A stretch of DNA of 42,479 bases from a virus (lineage: Duplodnaviria; Caudoviricetes). A program made the translations under genes and the position numbers. The number at the start of each line of letters is the position of its first letter. Positions within the stretch are counted from its first letter, which is position 1. Below the pieces are notes generated by a model. The model saw nothing but the letters and a program-made list of their open reading frames with translations, made no database searches and was not told the DNA's origin. This document shows positions 1-9,322 of this stretch, piece by piece. Location: the IMG/VR virus record IMGVR_UViG_3300048576_000489, positions 1-42,479 of that record; one strand, written 5' to 3'.

Positions 1-30
1 ACTCCATCCTTTACACGTTGCGCCTGCGCC

Positions 31-141
31 TGCTACCTCCCTCGCACCCGCGATCCACCCGGGGAGGGAGCAGCGGCTTCGGCCGTGGTCCGGTGTGTCA
101 GCACCAGGCCAGTGGGGCGGCTTCCTCCGCCTCGCCTGCTC
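31..141. other. Multi-stem structured non-coding element downstream of the tail fibre genes
   Basis: GAGCAG(68-73)/CTGCTC(136-141) closes three hairpins (75-84 with a cUUCGg loop, 86-111, 116-131). An alternative stem pairs 37-43 with 64-70. Confidence 0.5.
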
Positions 142-143
142 CT

Positions 144-671
144 CTATACAAACTGCTCCGATACGGCCTCCAGGGCCGTCCTGGCCTCCGCTTCGGTCAT
201 CGTGCCTGCGGCCACGGCGGCCAGGATGGCAAGCACCTCGGCATCCCTCGCCGCTTGCCATGCAAATACGGCCTGAATATGCGCACCTCCGAGAGTGGAG
301 ACTTCTACGTACTTGGGGGCGTCCATCGTCACCCACGCCCCCGCAGACGCTTTCCAGGGCGTCGTGAACGTGGGATCGGCAGAGAGCTTCAAGGCCAATT
401 CCGTATAGCTGATCCGGGCCGACTGATCGGAGTCGAACAGCACTCCATCAACCACGAACCCACCATCCCTGACCCAGCATTTCTCGGCCTGGATGGCCGC
501 CAATTTGGCTGCGGCCACAGTGTTCAGCGTCGGCCCCGGCGCGGGGAGGATCTCCGCCTCACCAGCCTCGACGGCGGCCAGGGCCTCATCATAGTGGCGG
601 TTTCCGGGATCTTTGGGGATACTCATACCGTCCAGAGTCAAGCAGTCCCCATCGTCGATATATTGGAGCAT
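144..671 (-). CDS. DUF4376-like tail fibre assembly/accessory protein
   Basis: N-terminal IPKDPGNRHY motif and GGFVVDGVLFDSDQSAR...WK pattern; lies directly after a fibre gene. Confidence 0.7.
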   Translation of the reverse strand: MLQYIDDGDCLTLDGMSIPKDPGNRHYDEALAAVEAGEAEILPAPGPTLNTVAAAKLAAIQAEKCWVRDGGFVVDGVLFDSDQSARISYTELALKLSADPTFTTPWKASAGAWVTMDAPKYVEVSTLGGAHIQAVFAWQAARDAEVLAILAAVAAGTMTEAEARTALEAVSEQFV

Positions 672-672
672 A

Positions 673-1842
673 TTACAGCCTCGCGTCGGCCACGTAATGG
701 GCCTGATAGACGTTGCTTAGTGCGTAGCTTCCGCCTGAAATACGATTGAATCCGTTGTCCGCTATATCCACAGCAGTCGCTGCAATCTCTGTCGACGGCG
801 CATACCTGGTTCCACATTTTGACAACGATCCCGTCTGCGGATGATACAAGGACACAGTAGGGGCCGCACGCATTTTGGAGGGGAATCCGGACTGCGCATA
901 GGCATAGCCGCCGTCCGACGTGTTGACGTCGAATTTGAGCGTCCCGCCCCATGTTGCCGCTGTCCCGGGCACTACGCCCGCCGGGTAGCTCGTTTGGAAA
1001 TAGCGGGCCACGCGCGCGGCTGCGGCCGCCGGATGTAGCGCACGAAATGGTGTAGCCTGCCCCCCGAATTCCAGTTTGACCTGGGCAAGATCGAACGATC
1101 CGGATTGCTGGCCTAGGTTTGCAGATCGCGCAGCATAGTTTGTTCCTGCGTCGAAATAGAAATAGATGTGCAGCGCGTCCGCCCCGGATGTGCCGATGGT
1201 TTTCCCGGCAATGCTCGGGACGTCGATGATCAGCGTCTTTTTTTGCCACGCTGTCGTGAGCGCAACGATCTGCGCGCTGATCCCGTTGACCTCTGCACTG
1301 CCGCCCGAGCCAAACGTCTGGACGGCTTCCACGGCGATATTTCGCGCCGCGTCGGCCTTGCCACGCAAGGACAGCGTCAGGCGACGCCCGGCGGTATGAT
1401 GGACGCCCTCGATTTTCTGGCCTTTGCAAACCAGGTTCGCGGCCCCGGCAGTAGATGTGACGACGGCGCGAGAAAAATATCGCGCGGGCGCGTCCCATGC
1501 GTCCGTGTCGCCCGGAGCAAACGCTTGGCGCGAGGCGACTTTTGACGATCCGGCGTGCGCGTTCAGCCACATCGTGTCGGCGCCGTAGCCGTTGGCAGTG
1601 GATGACACACCTTCGACCCAGAAGTCGAAATTGCCGTCCACAAGCAGATTTTCCCCCGGCTTGGCCGCCAGCCACGAGACGTCAAGGAGGCCGTCCGTGC
1701 CGCCGCAGGGTATTTTGTTCGCGGCGGCCGCGAGTGACCCGGGCAGCCGGGCTAGCGCCACCGGGCCGTTGACGGCCGCGTCAAACAACACGCGCGGAAA
1801 CGCGAGGGCGAATTCGCGGCGAAACCAGCTTCTAAAATCCAT
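673..1842 (-). CDS. Tail fibre / receptor-binding protein 2
   Basis: NLLVDGNFDFW...GYGADTMW and QVKLEFGGQATPF...RYFQ motifs typical of phage fibre domains; GGAGGT RBS before ATG 1842. Confidence 0.7.
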   Translation of the reverse strand: MDFRSWFRREFALAFPRVLFDAAVNGPVALARLPGSLAAAANKIPCGGTDGLLDVSWLAAKPGENLLVDGNFDFWVEGVSSTANGYGADTMWLNAHAGSSKVASRQAFAPGDTDAWDAPARYFSRAVVTSTAGAANLVCKGQKIEGVHHTAGRRLTLSLRGKADAARNIAVEAVQTFGSGGSAEVNGISAQIVALTTAWQKKTLIIDVPSIAGKTIGTSGADALHIYFYFDAGTNYAARSANLGQQSGSFDLAQVKLEFGGQATPFRALHPAAAAARVARYFQTSYPAGVVPGTAATWGGTLKFDVNTSDGGYAYAQSGFPSKMRAAPTVSLYHPQTGSLSKCGTRYAPSTEIAATAVDIADNGFNRISGGSYALSNVYQAHYVADARL

Positions 1843-1884
1843 TGCGCATGACCTCCCGACCGACATGCACCACGCCGTTGATAA

Positions 1885-2136
1885 TCATTCTTGCCACGTC
1901 CACCCCTCCGGCTGGCCGATGACCGCAAGGGACGAGGCCCGGACCGAATCTGCCAGCGCCTCGTCCCTGCACCGGATAGCCACGGCCACGGGCGACACGC
2001 TCAGCGGGTTGACCACGGCGAGCGCGTGCCGATGGCTGGCCGCCACGAGGCCGTCGTCGGCCGACGCAAGCCCGAACGGGGATAGCGCCGCAACGGCCTC
2101 GCCGATGTTGTCGGCCAGCAGATACACGTCAAACAT
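1885..2136 (-). CDS. Small hypothetical protein, possible fibre chaperone
   Basis: 83-aa ORF tightly packed between two fibre genes with a G-rich RBS. Confidence 0.55.
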   Translation of the reverse strand: MFDVYLLADNIGEAVAALSPFGLASADDGLVAASHRHALAVVNPLSVSPVAVAIRCRDEALADSVRASSLAVIGQPEGWTWQE

Positions 2137-2146
2137 ACCCCACCCC

Positions 2147-3556
2147 CTATTTTGTCAGCGTGACCACGTCCGCAGCAGTCAGGGCGCGCGGGAAATAGGT
2201 CATTTCGGCAATAGTTGAATTCCAGGGATGCCCGGAGGACAGCGCCCCCACGTGCAACGTTGTCAGGTTTTGCGGTACGGTGACGGCCCCGGTCGAAACC
2301 ACAGCCCCGCCGTTGACGCTCGCAAAACATCCGGACGCGGACCAGGACAGCGCGAGACGAAAATCAGTGTTGTCCTCGATGGTTGCGAGGTTTGCCAGCC
2401 CCGTATAGACGCCGCTGTTGTTTAGGTAGCAGGCCACGGTCCGCGACGCGCCACGAACGGCATAGAACCCTTGCGCCCCGCCGTTATGTATGTGAAACGG
2501 AATTTGATAGGCCCCGGTTGCCGGAGCACCGCGAGCCGTTCGCGCCCGCAGAAATATCGCCCCCTCGGCAGTGTTCCACTTGATGGCCGAAAGCGGCACC
2601 GTCGCCACGTCCGCCGCCCGGGCCACCTGTGACCCCTCGCCAATAATTGGCGATGTCGCCACGATCCCGGCCTCGACCTGGAAATCCCGGACGTCTCCCG
2701 AAAAACTGACGGTCAATGTCCCGGCCAGGGCCGTGAATGTGTGCGTGCTGCGCCCCTTTGGCGAGGACGGCAAAAGGGCCTGCGAGACGCCGCCGACAGC
2801 CGTTCCGCCGAGCGTCACGGTCCCGGCGCCGGTCCATGAAACGGTGTACGCCTGCGCGGACGTGTTGACGTTCTCAGGCGTCGAGGGCGCGGCCGCGTAC
2901 AGGTTTAGCCGTGTAGCCGCCGCCTCGATCAGTAGCCCGAGAGCCTGGCCCGACTCCTGGTCATGCGTGACCCGAACGACGTTGGTCGCCACCACGGCCC
3001 GGACGCCGAGCACGTCGAACATAGTTGCGCCAGAGGCCCGAGAAAACGCCATACCAGACGGGGCGAATCCAAGGACGTCAAACGGCAGGACCAGCGACGG
3101 GGCGACGTCCGGCAGGGCCGGGAGAGGCAGCAGCGCCTCCGGGACAAGTCCGGCCTCATCCAACGGGCACACGGTCGCAATGACCGCCTGCAATCCGGCC
3201 AGGGCGGCGTTGACCTGCGCCATGAATGCCGCCGCTCCGGCCGCCGTCTCGGCCACCGCCGCATCCCCCCTGGCGATCAACCCGTCAACCTGTGCAGAAT
3301 AACCCGCGAGGTCCGTGGCGCCCTGGGCCACCAGGGCGTCCAGATCTGATTTCAGGCTGTCGAGAAGCGGCAGCACGGCCTCGTTGATTCGTTCCAGGCC
3401 GTGGTTCTGGATCTGCGCCACGGCCGCAGCCCAATCCACGGACAGCGACTCCAGGGCATGGAGTCGCCGGACCAGCGCCCAGAACCGGGCGTTAAGCTCT
3501 GCAGCAGACAGCGCAGTTTTGCCGTCCGCAAACGTATATTTTTCGGTGTCGAGCAT
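2147..3556 (-). CDS. Tail fibre protein 1 (helical N-terminus, LamG/lectin-like C-terminus)
   Basis: FSRASGAT...GLLIEAAATRL...ATSPIIGEGSQVARAADV pattern of phage spike/fibre domains; follows the baseplate genes. Confidence 0.72.
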   Translation of the reverse strand: MLDTEKYTFADGKTALSAAELNARFWALVRRLHALESLSVDWAAAVAQIQNHGLERINEAVLPLLDSLKSDLDALVAQGATDLAGYSAQVDGLIARGDAAVAETAAGAAAFMAQVNAALAGLQAVIATVCPLDEAGLVPEALLPLPALPDVAPSLVLPFDVLGFAPSGMAFSRASGATMFDVLGVRAVVATNVVRVTHDQESGQALGLLIEAAATRLNLYAAAPSTPENVNTSAQAYTVSWTGAGTVTLGGTAVGGVSQALLPSSPKGRSTHTFTALAGTLTVSFSGDVRDFQVEAGIVATSPIIGEGSQVARAADVATVPLSAIKWNTAEGAIFLRARTARGAPATGAYQIPFHIHNGGAQGFYAVRGASRTVACYLNNSGVYTGLANLATIEDNTDFRLALSWSASGCFASVNGGAVVSTGAVTVPQNLTTLHVGALSSGHPWNSTIAEMTYFPRALTAADVVTLTK

Positions 3557-3561
3557 GGCGC

Positions 3562-5856
3562 CTACACCGCCACATCCATGCGTTGCGCGACGTGGTAGCA
3601 TTTAAGAGCCGTGGAGGTGGAGCCTTCGATGATGATCTGATATGTTGATATTCCGATCCCAGCATTCGGGGTGAAAGTCACCGTCCGACGGATCGTAGTG
3701 TCGTCCATGAGTTCGTCAGTAACCGTCCCGGTGTATATCGTCGCCCCGTTTTTCAGCTTGACGGTGCAATTGTGTTTCGTCCCGTCCCAATTCTCTAGAC
3801 GCAATATCACTTTGATGTCGTCGGATGCGCCGCCCAGCGCGCGCACAGTGCTGATGTGCTTAAACGACAGGCCGGGTCGTGTCGCGCGCAGCTTGCTGCC
3901 GCCCAATCCGAGGCACGGCATTACGTCCTGGGAACCATTAAAAACGGCGCGCAGGCGGCACATCGCGGGCAGCCCGAGCAGTGCGTCCGTGGTCCCCCCA
4001 TCAATAGCAAACCACTCTCCTGTCCCGGACGGTTGGTACTCCAACACAAGCGACGTCGCCTCCGGCTGGATGATCTCGGATAAAATAGAGAAAACCGCGA
4101 TGCCGTCCGCCAGAGACACCGGCGAGAGGTCGACGACCGTCCTGGGGTTCAGAAAATTCGCATAATACAGTGTCATCATAAGGTCTTTCGTGAAGTCGCC
4201 CTGGAAATACTCGCCATCAGTGCTGTAAAAAAGCGTACCCTGACTGTACTTTGTCCCCTCTACCAGCGCTACGCTATGCGCCCCTCCGGTCACGAGCACG
4301 AGAGCGTAGCGCCGCCCTGGCTGGAGATAGACGGGTTGCGTGAATTGAAAAACGGTTTCAGTCGGCATGATATTGATATTAGAAGCCGAAACAGTGGCCT
4401 TCCCGAGTGTGCGATCCTTGTTCGGCAGGCCGTTGATAGTGTCCATAACGAACAGGGTCACGTCGCCGCCTGCTGCCTTGGATGTAAATTGTAATCCTAT
4501 TTTTGTAAGCCAGCCATTCTGTGAATTAAGAAACGTTTGCGCGTTTACTGACCCGTTAACAGCGTTAGTTTCGCTGTCTATAACGGTGTATTTCTCTTGC
4601 CACGTGTGTATCCACACGTCACGGTACTTGTATATTTCATGCCCAGGCATGGAGGTGTCATGCGCCCACGTCTCACGATATCTGGAATCTCCGAGCGATA
4701 CCCCGGCCGGAACCACCCCCTCAAAGACATCCTCGACGACCTGGGCCTCGGTCACCTGCTGGTATGATCCGCCGTTGGTGCACCATGCCCATGTCGGCGA
4801 ATATTCAATGCGGCGTCTGGTTCGTGTGCACTCCCGGACAGTGAGCGTCTGATACTGATACTGCGACAACAAGAGCGCGCCCGCATATCCTGTGGTGGAA
4901 AGTCTGGCCACCTCCGTGTGCGCAGGCAAAATCAATCCACTGAAATTCGTTACATTTTCATCGTATGGGTTGAACAGCGCGAGCTGCTGTTCCGTCTCCC
5001 CGGCCCACGGGAAGCGCACACCCATTCTGACCAGAGCATGATATTCCGGGTCCGTGGACGCGGACTCATCGAGGACGAGGAAATTATCCGCCTCGTACTC
5101 CGTATAGACGGCTGGCAGCCCCACTTTGTCCCGCAGCAAGGCGACCTCGGCCGCGAGCTGCATGACCAAACCTTGCGACGAATTGGCGGCCTGTAGCGCT
5201 CTGACCAAAGCCGCCAGGCTGGCGAGGTCGGACAGGATCGAGGCCAACTTCGGTGCTGCGTCATTGATCCACCTCAAGTTGCTTAACGTCTGCTGCCAGA
5301 CGTCGAACAGCCTCATGAGCTGTTTGTTGTCGGCCACCTCGATCTCCATGATTCCGGACGTGCCGAGCAGCACATGCGCGACGGTCAAATAGCTGGTCGG
5401 CGCGTCCGGCTTTTGCGGAGTCGACGATTCGAGGCCCGCCGTGATCTGGATGGCCACGATGCGGGAGGTGGTCATGTAGACACTTTTCGGTTCGGTCTGG
5501 CCGGATGCCAAGTCGACCAGGAAATCCCTCGGCTCCTGGTCGGTGTCCGCCTCCTGGCCGATGACCGCGACGTTCAGGTACTTCTGGTCGGCAACGGGGA
5601 GAAACGAAAACAGGCTGATCGTCTCGGACTGGTCATGGGAAAAGATGCGGCCGGTCACGCCGTCCCACAGTCTGCCCGCTGCGACATCAATTTCCGTCGC
5701 CGAATGCTGCGTGACGCCAAGGCCGACAAACATACGTTCCTTCGTGACGGCGTCTGTGACGAGGTGGGCCATGGATTCGGCCGCATACGATCCGATGTTG
5801 TTCAGGTCGACGGCTTGAAGTTCCTGACGATCCCGAAAAATGGGCAATTTTTCCAC
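3562..5856 (-). CDS. Large baseplate/tail-associated structural protein
   Basis: 764-aa beta-rich ORF after the gpI homologue; AQTFLNSQNGWLTKIGLQF motif. Confidence 0.65.
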   Translation of the reverse strand: MEKLPIFRDRQELQAVDLNNIGSYAAESMAHLVTDAVTKERMFVGLGVTQHSATEIDVAAGRLWDGVTGRIFSHDQSETISLFSFLPVADQKYLNVAVIGQEADTDQEPRDFLVDLASGQTEPKSVYMTTSRIVAIQITAGLESSTPQKPDAPTSYLTVAHVLLGTSGIMEIEVADNKQLMRLFDVWQQTLSNLRWINDAAPKLASILSDLASLAALVRALQAANSSQGLVMQLAAEVALLRDKVGLPAVYTEYEADNFLVLDESASTDPEYHALVRMGVRFPWAGETEQQLALFNPYDENVTNFSGLILPAHTEVARLSTTGYAGALLLSQYQYQTLTVRECTRTRRRIEYSPTWAWCTNGGSYQQVTEAQVVEDVFEGVVPAGVSLGDSRYRETWAHDTSMPGHEIYKYRDVWIHTWQEKYTVIDSETNAVNGSVNAQTFLNSQNGWLTKIGLQFTSKAAGGDVTLFVMDTINGLPNKDRTLGKATVSASNINIMPTETVFQFTQPVYLQPGRRYALVLVTGGAHSVALVEGTKYSQGTLFYSTDGEYFQGDFTKDLMMTLYYANFLNPRTVVDLSPVSLADGIAVFSILSEIIQPEATSLVLEYQPSGTGEWFAIDGGTTDALLGLPAMCRLRAVFNGSQDVMPCLGLGGSKLRATRPGLSFKHISTVRALGGASDDIKVILRLENWDGTKHNCTVKLKNGATIYTGTVTDELMDDTTIRRTVTFTPNAGIGISTYQIIIEGSTSTALKCYHVAQRMDVAV

Positions 5857-5865
5857 GGGGTCCCC

Positions 5866-7146
5866 CTAATTGGTTGCCAGTTCGTACTCGCCGCAGACGG
5901 CGGCGCCGCAGGCCAGCGATTCGCTGGCCCGTATCTGTTGTCTGTTTGCCGTAGAGACAAGGACGCGGTCGGACAGGCGCACGGCCAGACGCCCGACCCG
6001 GCGCATACGGTCGATCCAGGACCCGGCGTCCAGATCGCAGGTGTGGTGCAGATAGATATGCCTGCCGACGAACTGCGCCCGGCCCGGGGCAGGGCGCAGC
6101 ATGTCTACGGCCGCCTCGGCGTAGTGCGGGCGGACAGCGCCAAGCCGGAACGCCCCCAAAAAGGTCGATGTCGCGCGACGCGAAAAGGTGACGCGCGACG
6201 GATCGAACAGCTTAGTCTGGCGATAAAGACGATCTTTGGCGGTGGATGGGGCGGCGAATGCGCCATTCAAAAAACAGGCGGCAGGCTCGGACCAGGCGTT
6301 GGGCCAACGGTGCCCGAGAAAGGCGTGCCAACCGCGCATCCCGGGGCTGGCGACCTGGTCGCAGCCGATCCGGATTGGCGTTAGAGACGGGCGCACGGAC
6401 AGGGCGTGGCGGCGCTCGATCTCGTCAGAGTATCCTACGGCCAGATCCAGCGTGTACAACCGCGACGCCGCTCCGGTGTCAGCGGCGTAACCCGGGACAA
6501 AACGTCCGCAGAACATGGCCCGGCCGACCGAGCCAGGCACGCGCACGACCACGCGCTGGCTGGCCAGTCTGGCCCGCACGTCGCGCTCCGTGACCAGGTT
6601 GTCGAGCTTGCTCTCGGCGCCGGTCATCGGGTCGTACAGGGCGACCTGGTCGCCGATGCGCAGGATGGCGTCCGAGACGCCGGGCCAGCAGGCCCCGGCG
6701 AAATCACCGACGCACGCCCCCTGCCTCGTGCCCGCGTGGCGATACGGATAAACACGCAGCTCTGGAAAATTGGCTTCCCAGGCCGCCCGCTCGGCGTCGG
6801 TCAGGCTGGCGCCGCAATAGGATTTCGTTGGCGGGGCGCAGGACAGCAGGTCCCGGGCCAGGAACGTGCGCAGGTACAGCGACAGACCGTATTTTGTCCC
6901 TTTGTACCGGTGAAACTCATAGAAGCGTTTGATCAGGTCGATCTTCTGGGCGCGAGTCGCGACATACTCCCAGCCATCCACATGATAGGCGTAGGCCAGG
7001 TGCTCCAGGACAGCATCCAGGCGCGACTCCACCGGGATCATGCGCAACACGTCCAGATCCAGGGCGTCAAAACGGTCGAGCAGGCCGCCTATCGCCTGGC
7101 TGGTGTCATCGTTTATTCCTGGCGGGATGATGCGCGGATCAGCCAT
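5866..7146 (-). CDS. P2 gpI-like baseplate/tail protein with long C-terminal extension
   Basis: LEHLAYAYHVDGW...FHRYKGTKYGL matches the Tail_P2_I pattern; start at MADPRII. Confidence 0.8.
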   Translation of the reverse strand: MADPRIIPPGINDDTSQAIGGLLDRFDALDLDVLRMIPVESRLDAVLEHLAYAYHVDGWEYVATRAQKIDLIKRFYEFHRYKGTKYGLSLYLRTFLARDLLSCAPPTKSYCGASLTDAERAAWEANFPELRVYPYRHAGTRQGACVGDFAGACWPGVSDAILRIGDQVALYDPMTGAESKLDNLVTERDVRARLASQRVVVRVPGSVGRAMFCGRFVPGYAADTGAASRLYTLDLAVGYSDEIERRHALSVRPSLTPIRIGCDQVASPGMRGWHAFLGHRWPNAWSEPAACFLNGAFAAPSTAKDRLYRQTKLFDPSRVTFSRRATSTFLGAFRLGAVRPHYAEAAVDMLRPAPGRAQFVGRHIYLHHTCDLDAGSWIDRMRRVGRLAVRLSDRVLVSTANRQQIRASESLACGAAVCGEYELATN

Positions 7147-8257
7147 CGGCCACCCCCGCCACATCGACGGTCACGCCGGTGCAATGCGCCCACTCCGCAG
7201 CCGCCAACACCATCAGCCCGGGGGAGAGGACTTCCACGTCATGCACGCCGGTCACGGCGGCGGCGGAAATGACCTGGGCAGGAACGATGTCCCGGCCCAG
7301 CCGGGCGGCCCGGCCCGACGCATAGGCCAACAGGGCCTTGTGCGCTGCGCCCGCAACCGTTGCCGCATCGTGTCCGCCCTGGACGGTTACGGCCACATGC
7401 ACGGCGTAGTCGCGGGAAACGGGCGGCAACACCTTGACCAGGTCGGTCAGGGGCCGGACCTTGTCGCCCAGAAGAAGCGCCGCCACCTGGGCGATCACCT
7501 CGCTGCCGGGCAGCCCGTCGGCCATGAGCGGATGCACATGCACCACCCCGGCCGAGGGCGATACCACGGCCACATCCACAATCCCCTGGTGGGCCGAAAG
7601 CGCCCAAAAACGGTAGGCATCCACAGGCCCGCACGTCGAAAACGCCTCCGTAGCGATCTGGGTCCGGGTCCGCAGCCGGTCGTCGTCCTCGGCGGCCAGC
7701 CCGCCGTAGCTGGTGGTGGTGTTGGCCACGGCGTCCACGTCCAGGCTGTCCACCAGATTGGCGATCTCGCCCGGCAGATAGCCGTTGGCCCCGGTCCCGG
7801 GCGTGGCGGCCACGGCCGGGACGGCGACGGACGCCTCCCCGGCGGGCAGCACCACCTGGACCGTGGTGGCGAACGCGATCTTGCCGTTCTTGGTCTGGAC
7901 CCGGGTTCCGGCCGGGATGGCCACGGCCGCCGGGCGCGGCGGGTCGACCGAAAATAGCAGAGTGGTGCGGGCGGCCGCAGCCGCCAGCCGGGTGACGTCG
8001 TAGAAGGCGGCCAGGTGGTCGAGATGCGTGTCTGTGGCGTACGCCAGCAGGTTTTGCTTGGCGGCGGCCTGGATGCCGATGCGCACGAGCATTTCCCGGT
8101 AGGCCACCACGTCGATCTCAACGCGCTCGGGCTGGGCCGGATAGAGCGTGCGTCCGGTCATGGCCTCGAACATGGCCACCATTTCGGAGGTCACGGCGGC
8201 CGCGTCGCGCTCGACGAACGAGGGCTCTGGCAGGCTAGTCAGGTCGAGTGAACACAT
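7139..8257 (-). CDS. Baseplate J/gp47 protein
   Basis: LLAYATDTHLDHLA, EDDDRLRTR, GPVDAYRFWALSA and KVRPLTD motifs; GGAGGTG RBS. Confidence 0.92.
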   Translation of the reverse strand: MCSLDLTSLPEPSFVERDAAAVTSEMVAMFEAMTGRTLYPAQPERVEIDVVAYREMLVRIGIQAAAKQNLLAYATDTHLDHLAAFYDVTRLAAAAARTTLLFSVDPPRPAAVAIPAGTRVQTKNGKIAFATTVQVVLPAGEASVAVPAVAATPGTGANGYLPGEIANLVDSLDVDAVANTTTSYGGLAAEDDDRLRTRTQIATEAFSTCGPVDAYRFWALSAHQGIVDVAVVSPSAGVVHVHPLMADGLPGSEVIAQVAALLLGDKVRPLTDLVKVLPPVSRDYAVHVAVTVQGGHDAATVAGAAHKALLAYASGRAARLGRDIVPAQVISAAAVTGVHDVEVLSPGLMVLAAAEWAHCTGVTVDVAGVADG

Positions 8258-8624
8258 ACCGCACCTCCGACGTCTGAACTTGCGACCCCAGGGCAGCCAC
8301 CCAGCGGATGACCAGATACACGTGCTCGGCATCGTAGCTGCTATCGATGCCGACGACCGTGGCCCTGGGCTCCCACCTGGCCAGGGCGTCGGTGCATTCG
8401 CGAATGATGTGGGGCAGGGCCTCGTTGGTCGGATGATCCAGGTAGCGCCAGGCGTCGCAGCCGAACTCCGGCCGGTGGACCACGGCCCCCTTGGGCGTGG
8501 CCAGCAGGATGCGCATGGCCTGGGCGATGTCGTCGAGCTGCTCGACCACCTCGCCGTAGCCGCCCACGGTGCGGGACCAGTCGGCGGAGCGTATTTCGTT
8601 GACGTCGACGACGGGGTTTGTCAT
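8235..8624 (-). CDS. Baseplate GPW/gp25 family protein
   Basis: IAQAMRILLATPKGAVVHRPEFGC and ALARWEPR. Confidence 0.92.
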   Translation of the reverse strand: MTNPVVDVNEIRSADWSRTVGGYGEVVEQLDDIAQAMRILLATPKGAVVHRPEFGCDAWRYLDHPTNEALPHIIRECTDALARWEPRATVVGIDSSYDAEHVYLVIRWVAALGSQVQTSEVRYVFTRPD

Positions 8625-8698
8625 GTCATCCTCTTCCGACGGCGGGATGGTGACGTTGTATATCTCTCCACGCGGGTTTCCTTCTGCATGGTGCAGAA

Positions 8699-9322
8699 CT
8701 ACTCTTCTCGGGATTGCTCACTATACACTTCATCTTCGATGAGATCAGGGACATATTTCCCCGTCACTGTGTTGTTGCACAGCATCACGATAGTCGGGGC
8801 GTTCAGGCAGATCATGCGCTCTGACTCGATCACGACATAACCATAGCCCTTGAGCTTTTTCCAATCATCGGCAGGCACGATCTCCGGCGGCTCTTTCGGC
8901 AGGCGCTTCTCCTTCACCAGCTTGATGAGCAGGTTCCCTTTGTTGATGCGATGGCGTTGCAGCTTTTTGAGCACGCTTGTTTCAACGCCGCCGCGAATGC
9001 TCGCCCGCATCTCGTGCGTCTTTCGGTCGTATTCGACTTCCGTCTTGTCCTCGAATTGCGTGTGGCGCTTGTCCTGGCTCGAAACCGGCGCGGGGTCGGC
9101 GGCCGAATAGATGGCCCCCAGGATGACCCCTTCATCATTGTGTGCATCGACCATACAGGCCACATGCTCGCCGGGCTGGGGCAGGTGGTAGTCGCGGTCG
9201 CCCGTGGTCTTGCGCTGGATCACGGCCAGCCACCAGGATTCGATGCCCTCGTTGTCCTGGTAGCGCACGCGGGCGCGGCAGTTCGCAGCGTCCACCCGGG
9301 TCACGACGCCGAATTTAAGCAT
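8699..9322 (-). CDS. Baseplate assembly protein V (spike), atypical C-terminus
   Basis: N-terminal OB-fold motifs: RARVRY, LPQPGEHVAC, GVILGAIYS, EYDRKTH. Confidence 0.88.
   Translation of the reverse strand: MLKFGVVTRVDAANCRARVRYQDNEGIESWWLAVIQRKTTGDRDYHLPQPGEHVACMVDAHNDEGVILGAIYSAADPAPVSSQDKRHTQFEDKTEVEYDRKTHEMRASIRGGVETSVLKKLQRHRINKGNLLIKLVKEKRLPKEPPEIVPADDWKKLKGYGYVVIESERMICLNAPTIVMLCNNTVTGKYVPDLIEDEVYSEQSREE

Noticed and set aside
144-3556. Diversity-generating retroelement or invertible fibre cassette
   Set aside because: No reverse transcriptase, TR/VR repeat pair, invertase or inverted crossover sites seen within the window
8622-8690. 22-codon ORF between gpV and gpW
   Set aside because: No convincing RBS or sequence features; likely chance
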